The notes under the pieces: model-generated | The model's input: only the letters and a program-made list of their open reading frames with translations | Databases searched by the model: none | Told to the model about the DNA's origin: nothing | Translations under genes and position numbers: made by a program | Shown: one piece after another, positions 12,023-24,687 of the stretch | How positions within the stretch are numbered: the first letter of the stretch is position 1 | Layout of the letters: the number at the start of each line of letters is the position of its first letter | NCBI RefSeq assembly: GCF_001194135.2 | Contig: NC_069003.1 | Location: forward strand, 29,314,867 to 29,348,242 | From: Octopus bimaculoides | Lineage: Eukaryota | Direction: 5' to 3' | DNA: 33,376 nt

Positions 12023-12047
12023 GCATGTATGTATGTATGTATGTATG
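11865..12047. repeat. (TATG)n / (TATC)n microsatellite block
   Basis: Seen directly. Confidence 0.95.
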
Positions 12048-12061
12048 TCATTGTTCATTTG

Positions 12062-12405
12062 TTTTTAAAGATTTCTTGCCGAAAGCGAAAAAGCTGGTTT
12101 GTAACATAGATTCAAGGGGATTTCATTGGGATTTCAACAACAATAAGCCCATGTAGTGTACAAGTTAGCCTGCAATAAATGTGGAGCATCCTACACAGGT
12201 ATCACCACTAGGAAACTATGCATTCATATAAAGGAACATATGCAGACAGACACTTCGATAAAGAAACATCTCAAATAGAGCCAAAGCCCGGAACTTTAAA
12301 GTTTACATCAGGGCAACCCAACGCAACGGGGGCAGTCTCAGAATTATGGAAGCCCTTCTTATAAACAAGATGAAACTAGCCGTTAACAACAGGAAAGAAC
12401 TACAC
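12062..12405 (+). mobile_element. Penelope-like retroelement remnant (GIY-YIG endonuclease and C-terminus)
   Basis: VVYKLACNKCGASYTGITTRKLCIHIKEH (12153-) matches the PLE pattern VVYxxxCxxCxxxYIGxTxRxLxxRxxEH; downstream LRIMEALLINKMKLAVN matches the xxxEAxxIxxxxPxLN terminus. Stops and frameshifts present. Confidence 0.85.
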
Positions 12406-12928
12406 GCAGCAGATTGGTTGCTATTTCAACAGCAGTCGATGCATGTCTCCTTAATCTCCCCCCCCCCAATCCATACACTCCCACACACATCTGAGCAACA
12501 AACTTTTCCCAACCACCGCTTTTCCGAGTGTCCTGAAGAAGAGGTCTTCGCTCCAATATATATAAATACAAGGTATNNNNNNNNNNNNNNNNNNNNNNNN
12601 NNNNNNNNNNNNNNNNNNNNNNNNNNNNNNNNNNNNNNNNNNNNNNNNNNNNNNNNNNNNNNNNNNNNNNNNNNNNNNNNNNNNNNNNNNNNNNNNNNNN
12701 NNNNNNNNNNNNNNNNNNNNNNNNNNNNNNNNNNNNNNNNNNNNNNNNNNNNNNNNNNNNNNNNNNNNNNNNNNNNNNNNNNNNNNNNNNNNNNNNNNNN
12801 NNNNNNNNNNNNNNNNNNNNNNNNNNNNNNNNNNNNNNNNNNNTATATTATATTATATTATATCATATTATATTATATTATATTATATTATATATATATA
12901 TATATTATATATTATATATTATATATAT

Positions 12929-12961
<33 letters not shown>

Positions 12962-12982
12962 ACATACATATATATATATATA

Positions 12983-13018
<36 letters not shown>

Positions 13019-14589
13019 GCCTTTTATGTTTCCATGTGGTAGCAGTTTATTTGGAAATATTCCACCAATACGTTGGTAGGTTTGTTTCTAAAAAGCAGAG
13101 GTGTTGTCTATATTTATTGTCAGGCACTCTTAATCTATGGATGCTACTTTCTATTTTAACAGAAACATGTCATAAAGACAAATAATAGCGGTATATGTGG
13201 CGACAACTGCCTTTTGAATGTGTCAAATCTTCCACAGAGATGTAGCATGATCGACGTTTCCAGTTTCATCATGGGATTTTATCGGCTTCAGATACTCGTT
13301 TTTTTTTTTTCTTAACACATTCTACAGCTATCTTCTGTGCAAGGATTTCACAATCATAACCGTCGAAATATGATGTAACTGTCAAGAGTCCAAGAGATGC
13401 TACACATCATGGTAATACTATTATCCACCTCATTTTCAATGTTTTCATAACTGCGGATTATTTTTGTCGGTAATGCAGCCTTTTTTTTTCTTCCTAATCG
13501 TTATTAAGGTTTGTGAAGCCTGCGCTTCTTGGTTTACAACAGATTATCAGGGAGTAAGTGTTTATTGAAAAATTCATTTTACACTCACAGAACGTTACTT
13601 ATTTCATTTGTGACCACTTGAATTTTTGCATATATATTTGTCACCGTTATTTCACAGATGCTACTTGGGTGTTATCATACGGCAGTTAAACACCCAAAAC
13701 AGTGGTATTCAGTCTCACACACTTCGTTTCTCTTGAGATACCGACTGTCAATACCACGTCTGTAGAATCTTACAGGTAACATCAGGACATGCGGATTTTA
13801 ACATCAATGGATCAGATTTTAATCACCAGCTTCTGACACGAAAGATCAATATCCTCACTGATGAGATATGATCCCTCATATCCTTTAGCTGTATTTCGAA
13901 TTTCTGTATCTCTTGCCCGAATCGTTTTCCTACCTCAAATTATTTGTGAATCTAAACATCCATTCCTTTGGTCAGAAAAATCAAACTCTGATTCTTCAAA
14001 TTTAGCAGTTTAAATCGCCTGCTTCATATATACATATATACATAAAAAAACAAACAGAGAGATTGATACGACGAGCTTCTACACAGTTTCCATACAGTTA
14101 CAATCTAACAAAATCATTGACAGGAAATTGGTCGGGCAGCAGTAAGACTGAACACGAAGCCACAAAACCAAAGAGCAATTCTAAACCACACAACTTTGCC
14201 TACGCCATAACTAACGAAAACAGACAAGCAGACAAACAAAATTGATAGTTTATCTTTCCCTTCTGGCCTCTACACGAAAACATAAACGAAATGCATATGT
14301 ACAGAATGGTATAATTGTTGAGAATGAATGATAAACTGGAAAGGTAACAACCTAGGTAAAATATTTCATTGATATCTTCCGTTGTATAGAATAATACTTT
14401 GGATATTGCCATGTCATAGAAAGATGATTTGTACATTGCTGATATCAATGATAATAATAAGAAGAAGAACAACAACAACAATAGTACGGTTATTCAATCA
14501 ATAGTTACACCTCGAACGGATGAGTTTTGTTATGAAATCAGTGAATATATTTGTATGTATGTATGCATGTATTATGTATGTATGTATCA

Positions 14590-14655
14590 ATGTGTGTGTG
14601 CACGCGCACGTGTGTACACGTATGTATCTATATGTGTGCGTGTTTGTGTGCGTGT

Positions 14656-14692
<37 letters not shown>

Positions 14693-14710
14693 CACGTGTG
14701 NNNNNNNNNN

Positions 14711-14756
<46 letters not shown>

Positions 14757-14780
14757 ACGTGTGTTTGTGAGTGTGTGTCT
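14590..14780. repeat. (TG)n microsatellite with a 10-N gap
   Basis: Seen directly. Confidence 0.95.
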
Positions 14781-14870
14781 ATGCGTACATGAAATGTTTA
14801 TAAGCCATGATCCACATATACTTTATGGCGTATCGTTCAGTGAGAAATTTGCTCCTTTTGAACTGAATGT

Positions 14871-14871
<1 letters not shown>

Positions 14872-14905
<34 letters not shown>

Positions 14906-15117
14906 TGCGGTGGTGGTGGTGGTGGTTTTGTTGATGGTGGTGGTGGTGGTGGTGGTGGTTTTCGTGATGGTGGTAGTACTGGAGGTTGTGGTGGTGATGG
15001 TTTTGGTGATGGTGGTAGTAGTGGTGGTGGTGGTGGTGGTAGTAATGTGATGGTAGTAGTAGTGGTGAAAGTGTGGGAAATATTACTAGCAGTAATGGCG
15101 GTGTGGTGACAGTGGCA

Positions 15118-15179
<62 letters not shown>

Positions 15180-15200
15180 ATGGTTGTAATAGCGGTGGTG
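14872..15200. repeat. Compound (GTA)n/(GGT)n trinucleotide low-complexity tract
   Basis: Seen directly. Confidence 0.95.
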
Positions 15201-15974
15201 AAGGTAGTAATGGTATGGTGTTGGTTGTATTGGTGGCGATAATATATTACAACGAAAACATACACTGAAACATTACGGACTTTGTCTAAATTCATTTATA
15301 ATTTTCTTCTACATCGGAATTGCGAAAAATATGCTTTATGTAATGTTCCCTATGAACATGATCCGACGTTTCTAGGTAAATCGTGTGAAAGGTAATGTGG
15401 ATCTCCTTCTCTCTGTTGTAGAGATAGTACTACATCAAATGAAAATGAACTGAACCGTTGACTTCAGTGTTTTCTACCTCCGATGTACAATGGATCAGGC
15501 GTATGAAGAAACGCAATACTGAAAACAGCAGAGAAAGCGGCAACTGTGGTGCATCAGACATCCAGAAGCCACGACCCGGATGCAGCCCAGTTACCTTACA
15601 GCTGTTGTTCTGAAACAGAATCCATATGGCCTATGAAGGTTCATATATAATGCTTTTGGGAGTCACACTGTAAAATATTAAATTGGGTATCAACAATAGT
15701 ATTTTAAGGACCCCTCAAAAATGTTGCCTTAAATATATGTATTGGTATGTATTGCAAGAAATATTTAGATTTCTTTCTTTAATGTTTTATATAGCTCAAA
15801 CTACACAAGTTAATGTGAGAAAAAGAAACTAGGAATTTCGAAAGACGTTTCTATAAAATTAGTTTTTAAACATCGAATGGTTATTGGGGTTCAGCAGAAT
15901 AAAATCAATGAGGTCTATAGGTAAGAAAAAAAAATGGTTGAGAACCCCTGCCTTGCATGAAGGGATCTTCTCTA

Positions 15975-16116
15975 AGGAGTCGACTCAGCTGGTAAAAATG
16001 AGTAATCCTGCGACGGATCGGCGTCCCGTCCAAGTGGGGAATTTCTACGCCACTGAAACCGGGAAACCGGCCCTTATGAGCCTGGCATGTCTCGATAAGG
16101 AAACATTTCTTCTTCT
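15975..16116 (+). mobile_element. SINE 3' fragment resembling the Meta/V-type conserved domain, ending in (TTC)n
   Basis: cctgcgacggatcggcgtcccgtccaag...gccactgaaaccgggaaaccggcccttatgagcc resembles the recalled MetaSINE/V-SINE core (cctgcgatggactggc...gaaaccggg). Family assignment is from memory. Confidence 0.5.
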
Positions 16117-16875
16117 TCTACAGACTGGATATCGTTGTTCTGGAGATATATCAGGACACTTTACGACGGGATGTTCATGGCTGGAACACTTTTGATCATA
16201 GTCCTATTCAGTCACACTTACCTTCGATTAAATGACAATAATAACAGTAAAATCATCTGAATTCAAGCTAAATCAATTTATGAATGATCGAGGTTGGATG
16301 ACCCCATCAAACTAGCAAGTATGTACAACTAAGCATCTTTTAAATATAAAATACATTGCGTAGTAGAATATACTAGCTACATTATGTCTAGGGCTACCAT
16401 TCTTCATATCATAATTTTTGTTTCTGGTCGACTTGCTAAAAATAACAAAAATATATCCCACATATCACGCATCACTGTCAAAAATAAGGTAAGGTTCAAT
16501 AGGCAATATAAATTGAAGGCACTATTCCGCTTATATCAACTCTCTGTACTTGTCCCCAAGAGCTCATATGATCGAACGAGATTGTACGTATTTAACAACC
16601 AAATGTTTAGACAATATTCATTGTAGCATAATTAGTCTAAGGTCGATTGATTTAATTTTAGCGTGATGATATACTTATCTGAAGAGAAACTTTAAAAAAT
16701 GATAGTGACATTCATAAAAACAAGAACAACAATAATGATAACAATAATGATAATGATGAAGAAGACGATGATAATGATGAAGAAGACGATGATAAAGATG
16801 ACATAGCTACATTCAGTATATTTATACATGTACGTATATGTTAGAATGTAACAGGAAATATTCTTTTCTACTCTT

Positions 16876-17072
16876 GGCACAAGGCCATAAATTTTTTTTG
16901 AGTGGGAGGCGGGGGCCAGTCGATTAGATCGCCCCCAGTACGCAACTGTTACTTAATTTATCAACATCGAAAGGGATGAAAGGCGAAGTCGACCTCGGAA
17001 GAATTTGAACTCAGAACGTAAATACCGCTAAGGATTTCGCCTGGCGTGCTAACGGTTCTACCAGCTCGCCGT
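16876..17072 (-). mobile_element. Family A SINE
   Basis: Reverse complement of the consensus, including gaatttgaactcagaacgt and ttctaccagctcgccg. Confidence 0.88.
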
Positions 17073-17739
17073 CTCTGTAATAGAAAATATTAAGATCATA
17101 TGCCTGTGTTCGACTGTTTGTGTGGGTGTGTGTGTGCGTGTGCGTACGTGTGTGTGCGTATGTGCTTGTGTATTAACGGTTGTATGTATGTATATATATA
17201 TATATGTATGTATGCACGTATATATGTATGTATGGTAGAACATGGTAATATGCTTGAAGCAGTATAATATTTAAATGACATTAATATCTTTAACACAATG
17301 TTGAACAATACAGATGAGAGCTTAGGAAAATATATATAATATGATGCCAATAAATAAAGTCAAAAACAATATATGGTATTTCTTGACACAAACTGTTTAA
17401 TGCAACTATTATATTTCGAAAGTGATGTAAGCAAATGATTCTGGTGTGTTATGGGCAACAGACGAGAATAGACCACAGATAATAACATTTTTTTTTTCTC
17501 TCCAAACTCTTACTTACTATCTGCTTGTGATAAGGATAAATTACCGGAAATATAATATAACTTGACATGGAAATAGATTATTACACATTTATATCCTTGT
17601 ATTGGATATATAATATAATGAAGCAGAGGAAGAAAGTATATACACAACACGCTGCTATGACTATTACACGAGATTCAACGCTCTATGTGAAGGGCTCACA
17701 GTATACTGCTACCAACTTTTTCTCATTCTTCGTCTTTTT

Positions 17740-17903
17740 TTCTTCTTCTCCCTTGTCTTCTTCTTCTTCTCCCTTGTCTTCTTCTTCTTCTTCTTCTTCT
17801 TCTTCTTCTTCTTCTTCTTCTTCTCCTTCTTCTTCTTCTTCTTCTTCTTCTTCTTCTTCTTCTTCTTCTTCTTCTTCTTCTTCTTCTACCCCTTCCTTCT
17901 TCT
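17740..17903. repeat. (TCT)n microsatellite
   Basis: Seen directly; source of the poly-E and poly-S ORFs. Confidence 0.97.
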
Positions 17904-18028
17904 TCACTTTCTCCTTCCTCGATTGTTGCTGCTTAAAACATCCAATTACAGAACAAAATATTTATCTGCACCCATAAACACTATTTTTTCAGATCTGCTA
18001 CAATCTAGCGATGCTTCACACAGGAAAA

Positions 18029-18061
<33 letters not shown>

Positions 18062-18334
18062 AAAATGGAAAATGTCCTACCTATTTAACGACTCTCAAAA
18101 TATTTACAAAACATTTCATATTTAATTTTTTCTACAAGTTAAATGTTTCAATTCTTAATTAATATCCACGTTTGTTTCACTCTCAGTGGAAAAAGTCGAA
18201 ACGGCTGAAACCGGTACTTCAAGATAAAATTATTTTAGCATTTTCTACCTTGTCTTACTTCCCTTATATATATGTGTGTGTGTGTGTGTGTCTCTGTGTG
18301 TGTGTGCATGTGTGTATGTATGTATATATGTATG

Positions 18335-18365
<31 letters not shown>

Positions 18366-19005
18366 ATATTAATAACCATGATTCCTTCAGACAATGCTAT
18401 TTTCCTCAGAATCTTCGATTCATTCGTAAGTGGTATATACCCTCTTAGCGTTATCGTTTTTAGTTTGTTTGTTTTTTTTTCATTCTTTTCTTTTTTGCGC
18501 CTGTAACAATATACGAATAATCAACTCTAAGTCTGCAAGTATTGGAATATTAAGAATAACTGCTGCAGAATAAGTAATAATTAATTTATATTGATGTTGA
18601 TTATGAAATAGTGTTTGCATTGAAAGTTTATGATTATTTAGAATATATCTCAAATGAAACAAATCAAGCGAGTTATATCTTCACAGACATATTTATTTTC
18701 CTCTATTCTCTCAAGTATAAATTTCAGCTAATTAAGTCTCATCTGAGTATGTCTTCAAACTTCAAACTTCAAAATATATTTTAAACTTCTCGTAGTAGAT
18801 TTCTTTTGATTTAATTACGTATTTTCTCTTCACCGAAGCGCATGCAAACTTTAAAGCTTGTACTTGTTTTAGTTTTAATATTCTACAATGATAATTTGTT
18901 TAAAGAATATAAAAATAATGCTGGATAAGAAGGCTTTCAGGTGTATTGAATTCACATGGATGCATGTGTCATTAAAGTAGCTCAGTCACTGGAGCTTAAC
19001 AATGT

Positions 19006-19249
19006 TTATTTCTTTATTGCCCACAGGGGGGCTAAGCGTCGAGTGGACGAGCAAGGACAGACAAAGGGATGAAGTCGATTACATCGACTCCAGTGCGTAA
19101 CTGGTACTTACTTAATCACCTCCCCCCCCCCGAAAGGGTGAAAGGCAAAGTCGACCTCGGCGGAATTTGAACCCAGAACGTAACGACAGACGAAATACCG
19201 CTAAGCATTTCACACGGCGTGCTAACGATTCTACCAGCTCGCCCGCCTT
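19006..19249 (-). mobile_element. Near full-length family A SINE with an alternative tail (cccttgtgggcaataaagaaataaa type)
   Basis: Well-preserved reverse complement of the A/B-box head and body. Confidence 0.9.
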
Positions 19250-20324
19250 TGAAGTTTAAGAATATTAGTCACGCAATGATAGACTGGAAAACTATCAAAA
19301 TATAGGAAATTGTGGAAAAGACCATTAAAACTATATCCATAAGAAGCGAAATTCTCCACTGAGATGCTTTGCCCTCTTTGCCCGTCTTTACGTCGAATGG
19401 CAGATGACCGTTCTGAGTTTATTCGGACCTGGACAGTTTTGTTTTCCATTACGAAACTATGTCCAAAACACGATGCTATTTAAATATTTAAATGCAACTC
19501 ACTGAAGTTGACGGTTTAGTCTGTAAAGGTGCGACCAGGCCCCGGGCTGTACCTAAATACATATTACTAGTAAAACTAATTAACGGCCAGGTAATTAAAC
19601 GAAGATTTATAAAATACAGTTGATTAAGTGGCAACCATCACTGGATTACATTCATATTTCTCTTCTCTCATAAATACACAGATCCGATCTGGTTGAAGAC
19701 ACGAACCCACATCTGTAGGCTGACTCTCCATCATTATTACAACCTGAAGAAGTCGTTATTCAAAGAGAGAAACTAAATTTAATTTGTAGCAGACACTGAG
19801 ACCGGTCTACGACCAGTAACTTTCCCATGACATTCTTACCTTCTTTTGGATATTAAAACATATTTTTGTTGCTAATAACTTGTTTGTGTTTATTTAAAGA
19901 TATCATATTTGTAGTTGCTACGATGGAAAGGTCGGTTGCATATCATAATGACTTCTAAATATATTCTTATAATGTTGTCAGTGATATCGTTCTGCTGACA
20001 TATGCTATGCTTAACTGGTGCCAATGTTCTCCTTACAACTCTTGTTTGATTATAATTTGCAGTAAACACAACGTGTTAGCGTATATTTTCTCTGCTAGGT
20101 ACTCTTACCCGCATTTATATGGCATTCCCGATTTTCCAGGTTTTAAACTCTGTCTAAAATATCTATCTAATTGTATTTCTGTTTTTCAATTAATGCTTTC
20201 ACCTTTATTGTTTATTGTCCAACGTGCGTCTCTCGGCGTGTTCATCCCTATATATATCAGTTGTGTTTGTCTCTCAGTTCTCTTTAGCTTTCTCTTTACT
20301 CTCTTTCTGAGTCTTTGCTTGTGT

Positions 20325-20329
20325 GTGTG

Positions 20330-20386
<57 letters not shown>

Positions 20387-20707
20387 GTGTGTGAATGTTT
20401 GTTTGAGTATGTGTGTGTGCAGCTGTATGCGTGTATGTATTTATGTGTGTGTTTGTGTTTGTATGCAAATATATGCGTGTGTGTATGTTTATGTATGTAT
20501 ATGTGTGTATGTGTGCTTGTGTGTGTGCATATATATGCGTACGTTTGTGTATGTGTGTGTGCATGTGTATGTGTCTGTATGTGTGTGTATGTACATATAA
20601 GTGTTGCGTGAGTTTGTGTGCATCTAATATCATACAAGCATAGGTTGACAGAAAATGTGTGACACACTTGTAAAATTTAGATAAAAGTATGAATGTATTA
20701 AAGCATA

Positions 20708-20753
<46 letters not shown>

Positions 20754-20758
20754 CGTGC

Positions 20759-20826
<68 letters not shown>
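20325..20826. repeat. Extended (TA)n/(TG)n microsatellite region
   Basis: Seen directly. Confidence 0.95.
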
Positions 20827-22724
20827 ATACACACACGCAGATTTGGCAAGAAAAATAGTTAAAAGCTTTTAACTTTAGAACATTTGTTATAAATATTTAC
20901 ACAGAAAATAAGCCAGAAAAATACCTTTTGGCTTTTCCTTTCATCGCCTTTATACACTTTAAGTATCTTTATACAACCACCCTCTCTATTTATCCCTCCC
21001 ATTTTGTCACTCTGTTTACTAATTCAGCACATTATTCCATTATCTATGTTACTAATTGCTAAGTAATTGGTTGTTGAGATAATTTACTCAAACAACTAAT
21101 TGGTCACATTATAGCTATGTTATAAAAAATGGATATATCTCCATATAGTGCTACGAAAAATAAGTTAATGTAAATGTGTTCTAACGTAAAAACTGGTCGC
21201 TGTCAAAAGATTATGACCACACATTTTTGAAGTAAAGCTATTACGGATTATATGAGTTGTACGTAGGTTTACGGACCCCAGAAAGACAAACGTTTAAGAC
21301 AAGTCGAACAAGATACAAAATACAACTACAAACGTTATATATCAACTCTGCTGGTTCTCATTAAGTTTTCTCCTTTCAATTTTGCCCTAAAGAATGTATC
21401 TGCCTGAAACATTCGATTCTTCATTCCTTTCAGCGGGTTCACAAAGTTACGTATCTTTGCAAATGCGAGTGCGCATACACTCACACACATACATATACAT
21501 ACACACACAATCAATACATTAAGTATGCAAAACGATGCATGTATATATATATATATATATNNNNNNNNNNTGCATTTTGCATACTGAATGTATTGATTAA
21601 TTACATCACTATTATTCACATATTAATTAAGCTAGTATTGGTATCTCAAAGATTCCATACTTAGTATATGTAAAAACAATACAGATACATTATTCTGATT
21701 AATGAAAACTATAAATAAACACATACTGTATCTGTACATATATATCAAATTTTTTTATACACTGTTGACCTAAGTGTCTTCTGTTAAACTTCCCCTGCTA
21801 CATCATAAACTGGTCTGCTAGTAGTAAAAACCCCACCGCATGTTTAATTTCCTTAACATTTGTGATGATGACTCGCAGTCAATTTTCCGCACATCATGTT
21901 CGAACTCACTCAGATGGGTGTGAACGAATGTGACATATCAGCTTATCTATCGAGAACGTGTTCATTTCAACAACAACCATTTGTTTACCACTGTAACATA
22001 CTGAAATAAAATTTTTATCACCCACCATTCTTTGTTTTGTTTCTCCATAATTCTGTCACTACATTTCCTTTCTCGAAACCTATATCTTTCGTTGCGCCGA
22101 GTGAAAATTTTTCATCAGTAGCTTTTCAAATGTGTTTTGAACATCCATTGGGTATTTTCCTATACAAAAGATGTTCTTTTATTACATGGTCGAAGTGATT
22201 GGATCTCTCTACGAAATTCTAATCAGAGCTACATGGATAAATCCCCATGTTTTCTATTGAATTCCATGACATTCACGAGAAGAGAAATTCTATTTTTCTT
22301 TTTACTACGATTGGAGGAAATAATCTCCGCGGCAGGAGATTATCAGCAGCAATCAATACGGTGATGGCTGGGTTAACAATGAACAATTTTTGAGAAAAAA
22401 TACGTTTTAAGACATAAATTTCAGGAATGGAAATGACTGAAATCTCAACAGGGAAGAAATTTGACAAATCTACTCAATAAGGAATATTACAGAATGAATG
22501 AAAGAAAAAAGTACCATACAATGACAATAAAGCATATATTCTGTTGGAAGGTTTATGAAATAAATGCAGTAATCTGTAGAGGTCACTAAATAAATAAAGG
22601 TGAATACACATTCAAAAAGATGATTACAGGTCAATAACTGAATACGTGTCAATAACTGATTATATTCTGGGAACTGCATACGGTCGAGAAGATGATTAAA
22701 GAGCGATAACTTAATAGAAGTGAA

Positions 22725-22762
<38 letters not shown>

Positions 22763-22939
22763 AATAGTCTCTGAACACCCGATAGATTCAGAGTGGCACC
22801 ACCGTATCATAGGATGCGGCTTCGATATTCCAAACCTGACAGATCTCATCCGTCTTGTTCTGAATGCAGACGATTGGGGGAAAATTGAGAAAGAGAAGAG
22901 ATCCTGTCATTGCAACAAAAGTGTTTTGTATATTCACTT

Positions 22940-23255
22940 GGAAAAGGGTGCAAGGTGAAGTTGACCGCGATATGATTTGAAATCCAAGTAACGGGAATCA
23001 GAAGACCTACACTAAGACATTCTTTTTACAGTGTCAACCACATTACCTGTTCGCTGCCTTGAAATATGATAAATATAGATCAATAGAGGAATACAAGTAA
23101 ATAAATATAGCTTTTCTATTACAGGCAGAATTTTTGTTGGAGAATAGTCTAGTCAACTACATTGACACTGCGGTCAACATAGTCATCCAACAATGAAAGG
23201 TAAAGCCACCCTCGGCGGAATTTGAACTCAGAGCGTAGAGACGGACAAAATTGTG
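22940..23255 (-). mobile_element. Two degenerate family A SINE fragments (~22940-23060 and ~23150-23255)
   Basis: aaggtgaagttgaccgcgatatgatttgaa...gttcgctgcctt and aaaggtaaagccaccctcggcggaatttgaactcagagcgt. Confidence 0.65.
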
Positions 23256-24116
23256 CCCTATACCAGAACTAAATGTAAAGAGGGGTTAGCTGATTGCTGG
23301 TCACTAAATTTCAGTAACCGTATACAGCTAATGAATAAAGCATAGTCATGCATCTGTGACTAAATATCTTATTTTGACTTCGTAAGAGAATATACAGAAT
23401 GTGCATCTTATATCAACTCTACCTGACATAACTAATCAGCTAGGGCTACCTGTGCGATCACTTGAATTGCTAGAAATAATAGTCAGGAATCCATTACGTT
23501 ACAACTTATCGTCTTATAAATCAAAGGATATAGTGGATATTTCATTTCTAGTCAACGCTAACGAAGGATGTCACGCAGTCTTGAATCCTTTTGGTCATAA
23601 TATACCTTTTAACAAGTGTTGTGAATATCATAAGGGCTAAGAATCTAGTATGTAATTATATTAATGAAAGCTGTTTTCTTTCCTATAATAGATTTATTTA
23701 TTACAAATCAATCGCCTTCTAAGTTAATATAACGTTCCCTTACCGATCCACGCAGCTAAGCCGGATATATCGATTCGGAACTTCATTGGCATTATACTTT
23801 ACCTTCTACCGAAAGATAAACGGTAAAACCTCGATAGGATACGTAGTCAGGACTTACTAAATAGCACAAACCATTAAGTTTTCCGCATTTTAACGATTCT
23901 TTTAATACACCACCCGGAACATCTATTGAATGAATAGAAGTCAACTGGAGAATTGCTTCGTATATAAATGTAATTTCTGAAAATAAGTGTTCTGTACATC
24001 AGAAATCTGGTTGATTTGATTATGTGCCAATAAATTCGGTTGCTGCCGTGTAGAGTGGGAAATGCTGAGGTTGCAGATAAAGGTACATTTCTTCGAAGGG
24101 GCTTTTCCAAATAGCA

Positions 24117-24200
24117 TTCTTCTTCTTCTTCTTCTTCTTCTTCTTCTTCTTCTTCTTCTTCTTCTTCTTCTCCTCCTCCTCCCCACCTCCTCCTCCTTCT
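24117..24200. repeat. (CTT)n/(CCT)n microsatellite
   Basis: Seen directly; source of the poly-R and poly-L ORFs. Confidence 0.97.
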
Positions 24201-24289
24201 ACTACATAATCTTCATTTCTTACTCATTTCTTTCGCTATCTTGTCGTTGAATTCATGGGTGTTGTTCTTGTTTTTCGTAGCGTGAATTA

Positions 24290-24687
24290 ATAGCATCGGT
24301 AGAGCATCACAAAAAATGTGTTGCAATATTTGCCCTGGCCTTTTACATTCTTAATTAATTCCTGCTGAAGTCAATTTTGCCTTTCGATCCTTCGGATCGA
24401 GAGAATAGACTTAGCGTCATTTCATTCGTCATTTCGTTCGTCTTTACGTTCGAAGTTCAAATTCCGCCGGGGTCAACTTTGCCTGTCATCATTTCGTGGT
24501 CGATAAAATAAGAACTAGTGAAGCTCTGAGGTCGATGTAATCGATGTAATTCCAGACCTGGTGTCTGTAGTACAAAGGATTATTATTATTAAGTTCAAAG
24601 GCGGCGAGCTGGCAGAAACGTTAGCACACCGGGCGACATGCTTAGCTGTATTTCGTCTGTCGCTACGTTCTGAGTTCAAATTCCGCG
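24290..24687 (+). mobile_element. Cluster of family A SINE copies (degenerate ~24290-24400, ~24430-24590, young head 24598-24687)
   Basis: Repeated ttcaaattccgcc...gtcaactttgcc motifs; aaggcggcgagctggcagaaacgttagc at 24599. Confidence 0.8.

Noticed and set aside
13658-13775. Exon-like segment with a good acceptor (ttatttcacag) and donor (CAG|GTAAC)
   Set aside because: Stops in all three frames and length not divisible by 3; at most non-coding.
13000-13950. Complex non-microsatellite block with faint pogo- or piggyBac-like words on the minus strand (IDNTSAF, ETEYHCFGC)
   Set aside because: Motifs are inconsistent with a single family and have many stops; cannot be supported without a search.
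14867-15109. Gly/Ser-rich ORF resembling a structural protein
   Set aside because: Derived from (GTA)n/(GGT)n repeats with no codon variety or splice context.
15595-15609. 15-nt minus-strand micro-exon candidate (NNSCK) and nearby LHTPDPLYIGG laminin-G-like word
   Set aside because: Too short; flanking stops; expected by chance.
17683-17907. Poly-Glu ORF (and poly-Arg/poly-Leu ORFs at 23941-24250)
   Set aside because: (TCT)n/(CTT)n microsatellites.
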